This document shows positions 14,090 to 26,711 of a DNA stretch of 64,000 bases, in pieces (position 1 is the first letter of the stretch; each line of letters starts with the position of its first letter). The stretch comes from the human T2T-CHM13v2.0 reference genome, Homo sapiens, in assembly GCF_009914755.1 (NCBI RefSeq), contig NC_060946.1; one strand, given 5' to 3'. The notes beneath the pieces were generated by a model. That model did not search any database. It was not told the DNA's origin and was given only the letters and a program-made list of their open reading frames with translations. Position numbers and translations under genes: made by a program.

Positions 14090-16625
14090 GGAAAGGATGA
14101 GATAAGATGACCTTCCACATTAAGGCACTGGAAAGAATAGCAAAATAAACCTAAAAAAAGCAGAAGGAAGAAAATAAAAATTAGAGAAATTAATAATTTA
14201 TAATATTAATCATATTTGTTAGTATTGACTAATTGATATTAATTCTTGACTGACTTTTTTTAAAAAGAGAAATATTCACTTCCCAATTTATTCTGTGGGG
14301 CCAGTGTTACCTTGATACAAAAATTAGTCCAAATAACATAGAAAAATAAAACTACTATAAGTATAAATGCAAAATTCCTTAAAAACTACTAACAAATCAG
14401 ATCTAGCAACATATAAAAGAATTATACACTATGACAAAGTGAAATTTATACTAGTAATCTCAGGTTGGTTTAACAGCCCAAAATCCATTAAGGTAATACA
14501 TCTTATTCATAGAATAAGAAACAAGAATTGCATGATCATGTCGATAGATTTGGAAAAGACATTTAATAAAATCCAAATGCTTTTACGATTAAAAATAAAA
14601 ATAAAAACTCAATGAACCAGGAATAGAGAACTTTCTACACCAGATACATGGCACCTGTGAAAAGCCAACAGCAAGCATGCAACTTAATGGTAAAGGATGC
14701 TTTCCCGCTATGGTCAGAGATAAGAATAAGATATATACTTTGACCTCTTCTAGTCAACACTGTACTAAAGATTTTATGCAGGGCAAATCGGCAACTAAAA
14801 AAATAAGAGTCACCCATATTGAACAGGAAGAAATAAAACTTTATTTGAAGATAACATTCTTGTATATAGAAAATTTTAAGGAATCCACTGAACGATAGAA
14901 CTAGTAAATTATTTCAGCAATATTACAGCATACAAGATAAATGTACAAAAATCAATTGCACACATCTACAATGAAAACCCCAAAATGAAATTAAGAAAAC
15001 ACTTCAATTTAAAATAGCATCAAAAAAAGAAATAATAATTAATTTGGAAAATGTGATACAAGATTTTACTCTGAAAATTAAAAATTATTGTTTAAAGAAG
15101 ATCTAAATAATTAGCAAACAACTTACAGCCATGAATTGGAAGATTTAATATTGTAGTACTTTACAAGTTGAACTACAGATTTGACGTAATCCCTGCAAGT
15201 ATTCCAACAGACTTCTGTCTAGAAACTGACAAGTTGAATCTAAAATACACATGGGATTGTAAGGGACTCAAAATAGCCAAAATAATCTTGAAAAAAAACC
15301 ATATTAGGATAATTCACACCCCCGTGCTCCAAACTTTACGGCAAAGCATCAGTAATCAAGACAACACAATACCGATGATGGAAAAATATATAGATTGATG
15401 GAAGAGAATTGAGAGTCCATATATAAAACTATGTATCTATAGTCAATGGATTCTTACAGTGGTGCCATGTGCAATTCAATGAGGAAGAGACAGTCTTTGA
15501 ACAAACTAGGTCAACAATGTACACGTGGATCGCCACTTGCAAAATAATAAATTGGAACACTTATCCCAGAGCATACAAAAATATTAACTCAAATGAATTA
15601 AAGACATACATGCAAGATCTAGAATAAAGCATATGGGAAAATCTTCAGGATTTTGGATCTAGCAAAGAAATAGCTGTAACACCAAAAACATGAGCAACAA
15701 AATAAAAATTAGATATTTAAAATTTCTTAAAAATTAAAGACATTGGTGTTTCAAAGGACAACCAAGCAAGTCAAAGGCAGCTCAAAAATTGTGAGAAAAT
15801 ATTTGAAAAACACATATCTATATGTCTGCATATATATGTATCTTGAATATAGAAAAATTGTTTTAATTCAGTAACAAAAATCCCAACTCAAAACTGATAA
15901 ATGATAGGAATAGATGTGTATCCCAAGGAGATACACGAACGGTCAATAATCCCATAAAAAGTTACTCAACAGCATCACTCATCAGGCAACTACAAATCAG
16001 AAACACAGTTAGATACTCTATGGCTAGAACTGGCCACTTTGGAAAATAGGTTGATGGCTTCTAAATATATTAAACATAGAATTGTCATATGACCCAGAAA
16101 TTTATTCCCAGGTATACACCCAGAGTATTGGAAAGAGGTGTTCAAACACAAATTGTACACAAGTATTTTTAGCAGCAGTATTTAAAATAGCCAAAGGCTG
16201 AACACAACTCAAATGTCAATAAAAATATTATTGGATAAACAAAATGTTATATCCATGAAATTGAATGTTATACAGTTATAAAAAGAAATAAAGTACCAAT
16301 ACGCTATGAACCTTGATAGCATTATGCCAACTGAAAGAAGCCAGGCACAAAAGACCACCTGTTGTATGATTCTATTTAGATGAAAATAGAATAGGAAAAT
16401 CTACAGAGACAGAAAACAGATTTGTGGCTGCTTAGGATTGAGTAGGGGATGAGTGCATAGGAGGTTAACAGCTAGAGAAGGTGGGGTTTCTTTTTGAAGT
16501 GATGAAAATGCTCTAAAATTCATTGTGATGATGGCTCCACTTATCTGTGTATATACTAAAAGCCATTGACTTGTAGACATTAATATGTGCACTCTACAGT
16601 ATGTAAATTATATCTCAATAAATCC
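14090..16625 (+). mobile_element. L1MB (L1MB7/8-like) 3' portion, degenerate ORF2 plus 3'UTR
   Basis: ORF-track remnants resemble ORF2 (KRIIHYDKVKFI, EQEEIKL, YRFDVIP, IAKIILKK). The 3' end atgtaaattatatctcaataaa is typical of L1MB. Confidence 0.85.
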
Positions 16626-16649
16626 TTTCAAAAATACACAGAAGACTAA

Positions 16650-16990
16650 GGGGTTTTGGAATGTTGCAGCTGGGAGGCAGTTTAAAATACTGAATAGGTC
16701 TCATCGAGAATGTGAGGTTTCAGTAAAGACTTGAGGAAGTTGAATGAGCTGATCAATGGATATATGGAAGGCTATCTTTCCAAGCCAAGAAATTAACTAG
16801 AGTCTTGGTCATAAGACAGCAGCATGTTGGCATGTCCAGAGGACAGTGAGGTGGACAGGACCACTGGTAAGATCAAGGGTGAAGACATAAAAGAATTTTG
16901 GCAGTTAACATGCGGCAGATCATGATGGGCTTGCAGACCATTGTACGAATTGTGTCTTTTAGTGTAAATGAAATGGGGAGACAAATCATT
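16650..16990 (-). mobile_element. L2 LINE fragment
   Basis: Purine-rich antisense L2 motifs (aaagacttgaggaag, gcagatcatgatgggcttgcagaccattgta). Confidence 0.6.
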
Positions 16991-18309
16991 ACCCCATTAT
17001 CAATATTTTAATAAATTGGATCCATGAACCAAATACAATGAGATTAAATCAATTAGTAATAATATGCAGATTTGTATTAAAATTACAAGAATTACTTGCA
17101 CGTTTGAGAACAGGAGAGTCATGATTGTTTATCAGCAATAATAAACTATTAATTTTAATTGTCATCAGCTAATTGAGATTAATTGCAATACATCATGCTT
17201 TATAATGTGACTGTCAAAAGGAAAATATGATTGTAATCTTATACTACATCTATCAATGTCTTTGATTCATAGGACTATAGAATAAGCCCCTAGTTTTCAA
17301 AGCCAACTGATGAGGCAGTGACATCTTATGCAAGTTTGCTGCTTTCTGCCACAGTGATCCTTGGTCAGCTGGCACAAATTGTTTTACAAACACCACTAGG
17401 TCTAAAAAAAGTTTGGATCACAACGAACACAGAAACACCTTCATCCCTTCAGAAATACCTATCAATTACTTCCAATACAGAATGAAAAATTGACAACGGA
17501 AGTATGTTGATTGTAAAAATGCCAGATAGCTTGCATCTACATGAAAGAAAAATGCCATTTTTATTACAATAGATCATGGTTTTACATGAGTTTTGGAATA
17601 GCACAATGTTGAACCAAGGGCAAAGAAAGATGAATTAATGAAGTCTTAAGATGTCAAGAATTTGAAAGAAAAGGAAGGTCATCTTTGAAGGTTAGTGACA
17701 TAGCATTCATCTTCCGTTGTCACCTTTTCCATCATTCCCTGTATGCCTGATGGACAGCTTTCACTCAAGTTCAGAGAACAGCATGCAAAGATTAGCTACC
17801 AACAAATTTTTATGAAGTGAGCTTAATTTCTAACCAGACTGAGCTTATGTTTTAGCAGGAAGCATTTTTGGGAAATGTTTAAGTTAGAGTTTGCCCTTCT
17901 TGACAAGGTGAGACATAAATGTCTACTTTATAGACATGAATTAAGATGGGAAGATATTTGGGGGAAGCATTTTCTCAAATGCTAAATAACAAAGGTACAC
18001 AAAGGGGAAATTATACTAGATTTATTTCCCACTTGTTTTCTATGTCTCATCCAATTCATCTTGATTCCCTTCAGTTTCTGTTTAATGTAGAAAGTGGCAT
18101 TTTCATTATTTTAAGCTTCTACCACAATGAAAGAATTTCTCTTTTTCATGAACTCATCATAAATGAAAGGGAGGAAGAGTGTCCAATATCATATTTATTG
18201 TTCAACAAAACACTGCTCCACGGCTTAAATTCAGTTTAAAAAAGAGAATTTATTGAACATCTAACACATACATAAAAGGCAGTAAAGACAAATGAGAAGA
18301 GGGCAGGAT

Positions 18310-18490
18310 ATTGAAGTATACAGACTTTAATGCTGAGTTCTGTATCTTAGTAAGTTACTGCACCTTACAGAGACTCAGTTTCGCCTGATTTAGGAAGGCG
18401 ATGCTAATGGGTATTGCATAGGTGTAAGTATAAAAATGTTGTAATTAAGAGAATCCCACAAGCTTGGTATAAGGCAGAAAATAAATAGAT
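18310..18490 (+). mobile_element. MIR-like SINE remnant
   Basis: taagttactgcaccttacagagactcagtttc resembles the MIR core CAAGTTACTTAACCTCTCTGAGCCTCAGTTTC. Confidence 0.45.
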
Positions 18491-18687
18491 GTGACATTAA
18501 TGAGTAGTTTATTACATTTGTATGCTACCTGCAGACTAGAGGAAGCAAGAAACACAGCCACTATGCTTGATTAGCATTGTATTCTAATTTGGAATATAAA
18601 TAGAAAAGAGAAAAATAGAAAGCTATGCATAAACACATGCATTAAAATGAATTTTATGTGGACTTTTTCAGGAAAATGTTCTTAAGG

Positions 18688-19335
18688 TATTTTATTTTTT
18701 TATTGTGGTAAAATACACATAACGTAAAATGTACTCTGTTAACCATTTTAAGTGTACTGCTCAGTGGTACTAGAGTCATAACATTGTGCAGCCATCCCTA
18801 CCATCCATCTCCATAACTCGTTTCATCTTGTGAAACTGAAACCCTATACCCATTAAATAGTACTTCCCCATGTCTTCCTCCCCCCAGCTTCTGGCAATCA
18901 TCATTTTACTATCTCTATGATTCTGTCCACTTTAAGTCTCTTATACAAATGGAATTATACTGTATTTGTCCTTCACTGACTAACATTTAATTTGGCATAA
19001 TATCCTCAAGTTTCTTCCAAGTTGCAACATATGTCAGAATATTTCCCTCATGTTTAAGGCTGAATAATTTTCCATTGTATGTATACTTCATGTTTTGCTT
19101 ATCCATTCATCTGTTGTTGGACACTTCAATTGCTTCTATATTTTAGCTATTGCCAATAATGCTGTTGCAAACATGGATGTGCAAATATTTTTTCAAGACG
19201 CTGCTTTCAATTCTTTTGCTATCTTGAGATGTGGGGCTGCTGAATCATAAGGCAATACCATTTTGATGTTTTGAGGAAATATCATACTCTTTTCCACAGC
19301 AAACATAGGGTTTGGCATTCCCTCCAATATTGCAA
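18688..19335 (-). mobile_element. L1MB (L1MB3-like) 3' end, antisense
   Basis: tattgtggtaaaatacacataac...aaccattttaagtgta...catcttgtgaaactgaaac...tttaaggctgaataat is a characteristic L1MB 3'UTR. Confidence 0.8.
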
Positions 19336-21516
19336 AAGGAATCGCCACATCTTTGCCTGTGGATTTTATTCACAAGTCCTGTGGCTCTCTCTACATCCCG
19401 GCCACCATGTGTTATTTCCTGTTTATATATATGACATCAAAGGTGCAGGAAGTAATGAACTAAATTGGAAGGATAAACATGTAGAAAAATAGAGGTAAAT
19501 ACTGACTACATAAAACCATAAGAATAAGAATTTTGGATGATCTATCTACTATATATCTATTTATCTAACATCTATATGTTCCTCCATCTGTAATTAAAAT
19601 ATATTACAGTTAGAGAACAGAGAAAAAAGTAGGAATACATGAATTTAAATTTTATTTCTTCTTAGATTGTCTCACAGCATCATTATATGACAGAAAATTT
19701 ATAGGTCAGTATCTGTTAACTATAAATGTAATATTCTTAAAGTATTCAAATACATTGAATTACAGCATGAATAATATATTACAATCCATTCAAGTTTATT
19801 TTATTCCAGGAACACAAAAATACAAATTTCATTTGCAATTCAAGAAAAACAGAAATCGATACATATGATTGATGTATATACACATTTAATGTATTTTTAA
19901 ATATACATTTTTAAAAATAGAAATTTTTCTAGGACAACTACTTAAAATATCACTGAAAATAGTGTTATTAGATAATACCTTCCTAATAACTCTGGTATTT
20001 CATAAGAAAACAAAATTAAAATTTCAGATAAGCTTAGAAACTAAAAATTTTAAAAATATTATTCTGTTCTCCATATGTTCATATTTAATATTATTTCTTG
20101 TTTTCATTCTTCTTCAGTGTTGCTCTACTAAAATATAACATACTATAGTTACTTTTTATTTCTGTTCTTATTACTCAAAATTGTATACATTTTCTCATGC
20201 TCTTAATTTAGCTATGCTACTTTTCTTTACTCCTGGAATTTTCACATTTGTGTTCACGCTCTTTTGAGTTCCCATAGTACCAAATAAGCTTTTTTCCCTC
20301 TTTCTGATTTGAAGGTTCATCTTCTCATAATTATTTTGTCCACTCAGTTTCTTTTCATTCTCAGTTAAGTGCCTCTCATCTGGCTTCTTTTCATTTGTAA
20401 GGTTTCCTTTCATCTTAAGCCAGTCTTTTATTTATATTTTGATTCTGTTTTGTGGAGGACATATTTCCCTGAATTTTAAGGAAGAGGTCAAAAAGTTTGT
20501 TCAAGTTTTTACCTGATACATTGGATTAAATTATCTAATGTACAGACCTTAATTTAAGTCTAGGGGCGACTGTCTACTCTCGGTTTTGTATAGTATTATT
20601 TTTATTAACATCCAAGTCCATCTTCATCTATTTGTATATGATCAATAAAAATATATTTGTCCAGAACCCTGCTTTGGTGGAGTTACTTCTTTCTAAGTAG
20701 GAGAGGTAGCAGTTGAGACATGAGCTGGGTTCTGGGTCAGTTTAGAGGGCTGGGCGACATTCCTCCTTTTGCTCTGTATGACTGAATGAATGCGGTTCTT
20801 GCTGTCTCGCTCCTCTCCTTAACACATTGAGCCATTGCAGCAGATGAGAAGGAATAATCCTGATCTGCCATTCAGGTGGAACACATGTTCTCTCCAACCA
20901 CATCCATAGGTTGTACTCACACTCGGCCAAAATGTATCCTGTCAATGATATGGAGATGTATCTAGCTATCTAGATAGATATCTACTTTGGTTTATGCTCT
21001 CTGGTTGCCCGTAACTTATCTCCTTAAAGTGAATATCAAAAGAGAGCTTGGTGATGGCAGTGTTAAAAAACCCTCAAAATGCAGCACCCACACCCAGAGG
21101 AATTTGTAGATTCTGGGATTCTAATTCAGATACCAAACTATATAAAAGGGGCATTGGTCATTGAGGGTTGCTAGGCTCTTTGTGGAACATATTTGCTCTT
21201 TTCATGACTTTGAAATTATTTTAAAAATCTAACCATGTTCTCAGTGTCCTGCAAGATGATCTGATTTTAATGCCCAAGCATTAATTCTCACCTAAGATTT
21301 GTACAATATATTTGCTCTGACAAGCCATAGCCAGCAACTCACTTCACAGCAATTTATAGCATTTCCACGACAAGTTGAATTATTTTTAACTAGACTCTCT
21401 TTGCCTTAATAAAAATATGAAGAAGCAATATACTTGTTCTAGTTAGGTTCAAAAGTTGGCAGTCTCTCTGCTGGAAAGAATAATAAAACTTTTCAGCAGC
21501 CTAATATGCATCTATA

Positions 21517-21518
<2 letters not shown>

Positions 21519-21550
<32 letters not shown>
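21519..21550 (+). repeat. (CA)16 microsatellite
   Basis: Directly visible. Confidence 0.95.
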
Positions 21551-21552
<2 letters not shown>

Positions 21553-23316
21553 CACTATTCATAATATTTAAAGCACATTCTGTTCTATGACTTCATTTGT
21601 CTAGCACAAAATAAAACGATCTTAGTATATGTCAAGTACCAATTTTTTCGTATGGCCAATTATAGATATTTTACTTTTTAAAGATTAAAGTGTTCTTGAA
21701 GCTCTTTCTATTTCTTTGTCAATGAACTAAACATTGGCAAATATGTAGGGTTTCCCACATAAGAACATTATTAACATCAAAATAGAAAGCTGGTGGTAGA
21801 AATAATGATTGGGAACACAGGGTCTCTACTCAGCATTCTACTTCTGCCATACCATAACTTTGTGATCTCAAGAAATATCTCTCCATGTTGTCATCCCTAT
21901 GTATAGTTCTGTCATTTTTCAATAAGAGCTTTTTGCTTAATTATGAAGTACTAGTTACTATAACCATTATTTTGAGCTTCATGTAAATCAAGAACACATG
22001 GACTCCACTTGCAAAACATCGAAAATGTAGTTAGGGATTGGGGGCATAAAGCAACATTTTAAAATGTGTAAAGACCATGAGTAAGCAACAAAGTGTCCAA
22101 TTTTTTACGGGAAAGTTGCATACGTCAGGAAAAGTCAGGATTAAGTAACAGAGAATTTGAATGATAACTGGCCAATTGGTGTAATTTACAATTGCAAGTC
22201 ATACAAATGAAGTTTGCTTTTTTAAAGAGAAAAGGAGTTAGTTAGAATGGGTCAACCTATTGGGGAAGCAATGTAGTTAGAGACAATGCCCAAAACCATG
22301 TGAGCAAATGCTTTGTAGAGCGCACCCCTGCAATGCTGCCATTGTGAGGCCAAATCTCTCCTCGTCTTGGTACTGAGCCCTCCGTTCTGCCTCCATCATT
22401 GCCACCGTAGCTGCCACAAAATGATCCCTCAACCACAGCTGCCCAGGAACAAAGAAACAATTCTGTCCTTCCGCGATCTCAGATCAATTTCCAACATCAG
22501 GTGAGCCTTTGATGGGCACTATTCATTTCCCATATCCCTGAAATAGATGCCGTAAAAACACAGAAATTCCCTATGTGTTTCCCAATAAGACACATATGGA
22601 AGCCTGTTTTCCCACAACAGGAAGGGGTTTCCACGATGGGTGTTCAAAGGAACAATATTCCCTGTAAACCATACTTTGCCCATATGAAGAAAAGCAAAAA
22701 GATTATTTAGTAAATAGACATGGAACCTCATCCAGGGTTGGCTGATGAGAAGCTGGTTAGCAAGGGGGTCTGCCTTCAGTTAGGACAAGGTCTGTGCTTC
22801 CCACGGGTTCTCTCCACAGCAGGAGGGATGCAAACTTCCCTTTCCTCCCCTGCACCTACCCTCAAATGGCCCAGAGGTCTTCAGGTGCTAGAATTTCTCA
22901 ATTAATGCTGCACAAAATAACAGACAGCCTTGACTGTCACAGTCTGTTTTCATGAAGCTAGTCTCTGCTTACTACATAAAACAGAAGAGTAAGAACAAAG
23001 GTGTTAAACACTACCCTAGCTCAAACAAGTTTCTCTCTGTAGGATGCCAAGAACCTGGGAACCAGTGCATCTGCTGCTTTCCCTTCTCGGATTCTAGCCC
23101 AGACAAAAGAGGCAAGGGGCATTTCTCCAGAGGCCTTGAGCTTCACTACACAATGCCCCAGGCTCTGCATGCACCCTCTTTATATATTTCTACCTTGAAA
23201 AAAATTTTTATATAATATTAATAATATATGTGTTTATATAAGAAACACACGTTTATTTTATAGATAGATATAGATATACATAGATGAAGATCTCTAGTCA
23301 GCCTTTTTTAAGGCTG

Positions 23317-23608
23317 GGCTGATCGCGGTGCCTCAAAACTATAATCCCAGCACTTTGGGAGGCCAAGGTGGCCAGATCTCTTGAGTCTAGGGGTTGGAGA
23401 TCAGCCAGGGCAACATGGTGAAAACCCATCTTCACAAAAATTAGCTAGTATGGTGTCATGCACCTGCAGTCCCTGCTACTCAGGAGACTGAGGTGGGAGA
23501 ATCGCTTGAGCACAGTATGTGAAGGCCTCAGTGAGCTCTGATCACATGACTGCACTCCATCTTGGGTGACAAAGTGAGACCCTCTCTCAAAATAAAATAA
23601 AATAAAAA
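23317..23608 (+). mobile_element. AluJ element
   Basis: Dimeric Alu, highly diverged, with J-type features and an (AAAAT)n tail. AAGGCT flanks both sides. Confidence 0.88.
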
Positions 23609-24649
23609 GGCTACCACCATACTCACAGATAAGTGTGTCAGGTATATTTGCAGCTATCTTTCCTATATTCTATTTGGTAAAAAAAAAAAAAAGAAAATTG
23701 CGAAGAACTCTTCTCATTCTAGATTTTTGTATTAATTAGACATTTGAAGTTTATAGCAGAAGAGCTATAATCATGTTTGGTATGTGTACCCTATAGACCA
23801 GATAGTGCAAACAGATATCAATGCTTTTTAAAAGTATATAACGTTATTAGAAATATTTTAAACTACCTATAGGTATATATGTATCTAATTGAGCTATCAA
23901 ATGCAAGTAAGATCATTTCCTTAGCGTGTGAAATGCACTCAATTTATTAAAATATTTTCTAATATCTATTACAGTAATATTTCCTAATTATCTAACATAA
24001 GAGGAGTTTTAAGACATTTATTTATATGTACTTACTAGATTCAAACTCGATTCCACTATTTTCAGAAATCATGCTCTGAGACAAGTCCTTTTTTTATCTA
24101 ACTATGTTTCTACCTATATTAAAAGACAGATATGTCAATTTTGCTAATCATGCTATTCCAAACCTCCCCATCCTATTTTTCGGATTGTTCTACCAGTCAT
24201 TCAGAGACTTACTTATATTCAAATTTCTCTCTAGGTTTAACATTCGTGTATGTCTTCTTGTGTTTTTGTCTATTTTTGCTGTATATAATTTAAGACATTT
24301 ATTGACATATATCATACATGTAGAAAAGTACAATAATTAAATATGGATAGCTTCATTAATGAAACACATGTATTTGCTTATAACCATGTATGAAAATAGA
24401 ACATTACTAAAAATAGAGATACTTCTCCTGCCCCTTTCCAAACACTAACCCTCATCCTCAATAGTAACAGATTTTTTTTTATCATAGAGTAATTTGGTCT
24501 ATTTTCAAATTTTTATTAAATAAATCAGAGTATCTACTCTAAGTCTATGTTTCTTTCATTGTTGTTATTTTGCTTATGGTATTTATCTGCTAATGGACAT
24601 GGTAGATTAAAGACGGCTACATACACATTTTTTAATTAATAGATTTTTT

Positions 24650-24786
24650 GAGCACTTTGTGGATCATGCCTCTGATCCCACCACTTTGGGAGGCTGAGGT
24701 GCGTGGATCATGAGGTCAGGAGATAGAGACCATCCTGGCCAACGTGGTAAAACCCCTTCTCTACTAAAATACAAAAAATTAGCTGA
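24650..24786 (+). mobile_element. Alu left monomer only (AluSc/Y-type), truncated at the central linker
   Basis: ggatcatgaggtcaggagatagagaccatcctggcc...ctactaaaatacaaaaaattagctg, then abrupt loss of Alu similarity. Confidence 0.85.
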
Positions 24787-24931
24787 TAGATAACATCAAG
24801 ATAACATCTGGGTTCTTAGCTGCACTGAGTCAAGCCTACTTACATCTTTGTTTGTCTTCCTCTGCACTTTTCCTTCCACATCACACTCCAGGAATGCCAA
24901 GCAGTGCTGGCCTTCTACCCCATTTCCACTA

Positions 24932-26330
24932 TTTTGCCCCCGCCGACGTGGCTTTTTGCCGCCATGGATTTTTGCCCCCGTCGCTGCGGGTTTTTGCGGC
25001 TTTATGCCTCCGCCGCCGCAACTTTTTGCCCCGGCCGCCGTTGCTTTCTGCCCCCGCCGCCGCGGTTTTCTGCCCCCGGCCTCGCGGAATTTAGCCCCTG
25101 CCGCCGCGGCTTTTTGCGTCTTTCTCCCCCCGCCGCCGCGGCTTTTTGCCCCCGAAGACACGGCTTTTTGTCCTCGCCGCCGTGGCTTTTTGTGGCTTTT
25201 TCCCCCTGCTGCCGCAGCTTTTTGCCCCCGCCACCGCGAATTTTTCCGCCGCGGCTTTTTGCCACCGCCGCCGAGGCTTTTTATGGCTTTTGGCCCCCGG
25301 CGCCGCGGTTTTTTACTGCTTTTCGCCCGTGCCGCCGCAGGTTTTTCCCGCCGCGGCTTCTTGCCCCGCCGCCCGGGCTTTTTGCAGCTTTTTGCCCACG
25401 CCGCCGCGGCTTTTTGCTTCTATTTGCCCCGCCACAGCAGCGTTTTGCCCCCGCCGCCGTGGCTCCTTGCCCCCTGCGCGGCTTCCTGTCACATGAAGTC
25501 TAAACACAGCGGCTTTTTATGACCCCAGCCGCTTTTTGCCCCCGCCGCCGCGGGTTTTTGCTGCCGCGGCTAATTGCCCCACTCGCCGTGGCTTTTCGCC
25601 CCCGCCGCCACGGCTTTTTGCCCCTGCCGCCAAGGGTTTTTGCGGCTTCATGTCCCCGACGTCGTGGCTTTTTGCCGCCGTTGCTTTTTGCCCCCTCTGC
25701 CGCGGCTTTTTGCGGCTTTTTACCCCCTCCGCCGCGGCTTTTTGCGGCTTTAGGCACCCGACGCTGCGGCTTTTGGGGGCTTTTTGCCCTCGTCGCCGTG
25801 GCTTTTTGCCCTCGCCGCACCGTTTTGCCCTCGCCGCCGCATCTTTTTGCCGCCGCGGCTTCTTACTCCGCCACCGTGGCTTTTTGCCCACGCCGTCGCG
25901 GCTTTTTGCCCCCGACGCTGTGGCTTTTTACAGCTTTTTGCTCCCGTCACCGCAGCTTTTTGCCCCGGCCGCCGCAGCTTTTTGTCACCGCGGCTGTTTG
26001 CCCCGGCCGCCGCGGCTTGTTGCCCCCGCCGCCGCCGCTTGTTGCCCCCGTCGCCCTGGCTTTTTCCCTCACCGTCCCGGCTTTTTGCCCCCACCATTGC
26101 GGCTTTTTGCGCCCGCTGCAGCGGCTTTTTGCCCCCGCCGCCGTGGCTTTTTGCCCCCGCCGCCGCGGCTTTTTGCCCCCATCACCGCGGCTTTTTACCC
26201 GCCGCCGCGGCTTTTTGCTGACGCGGCTTTTTACTCCCGCCGCCACAGGTTTTTACCGCTACGGCTTTTTCACCCCGCCATCGCGGGTTTTTCCCCCACC
26301 GCCGCGGCTTTTTGCCCCCACTGCCGCGGG
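24932..26330. repeat. CpG-rich ~22-bp tandem repeat (GCTTTTTGCCCCCGCCGCCGCG)n; pericentromeric 'CAAAAAG'-type GC-rich repeat
   Basis: About 60 degenerate units are directly visible, with one short non-repeat interruption near 25485-25510. Confidence 0.92.
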
Positions 26331-26510
26331 TCTGAGGAGGGGATCCGCAGACTCGGCTGCCAGATCTACCAGCGTCCTGGCTAAGGCAGCGCCGAGGGTC
26401 GCTCCTGGTCCAGCTCCCCGGTTCGGAAGTTCCTTACCTAGACACCCGCGCCCCAGGCTCCGCTCCTGGGCCGCTGCCGCCTGCATACAGCAGCGCTGTG
26501 CTCGGCCCCG
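26331..26510 (+). promoter_or_regulatory. KSR1-derived GC-rich 5'UTR/promoter-proximal segment (CpG island extends to about 27050)
   Basis: GC/CpG-rich sequence immediately upstream of the KSR1 coding match. The codons equivalent to KSR1 MDRAALRAAA read CTG CAT ACA GCA GCG CTG TGC TCG GCC CCG from 26481. Confidence 0.55.
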
Positions 26511-26711
26511 ATGGGAGAGAAGAAGGAGAGTGGTGGCGGGGGTGACGCGGCTATCGCGAAGGGAGGCGCAGGGGCCGCGGCCAGCCGGGTGCTGCAGCAG
26601 TGCGGGCAGCTCCAGAAGCTCATCGGCATCTCCCTTGGCAGCCTGCGCGGGCTGCGCACCAAGTGCGCTGTGTCCAAGGACCTCACCCAGCAGGAGACAT
26701 GGACCGTGGAG
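26481..26711 (+). pseudogene. KSR1: Unprocessed partial duplicate of kinase suppressor of Ras 1 exon 1 (N-terminal CA1/CC-SAM coiled-coil part); KSR1P-type pseudogene
   Basis: Translation [67 protein letters not shown] versus recalled KSR1 [67 protein letters not shown] (10/67 differences). Followed by a phase-0 GAG|GTAAGG donor at 26712. No later KSR1 exons recognised. Confidence 0.93.

Noticed and set aside
24796-26486. Overlapping 60-400 aa Pro/Arg/Ala-rich ORFs on both strands
   Set aside because: The 22-bp GC repeat lacks stop codons in all frames; these are not credible proteins.
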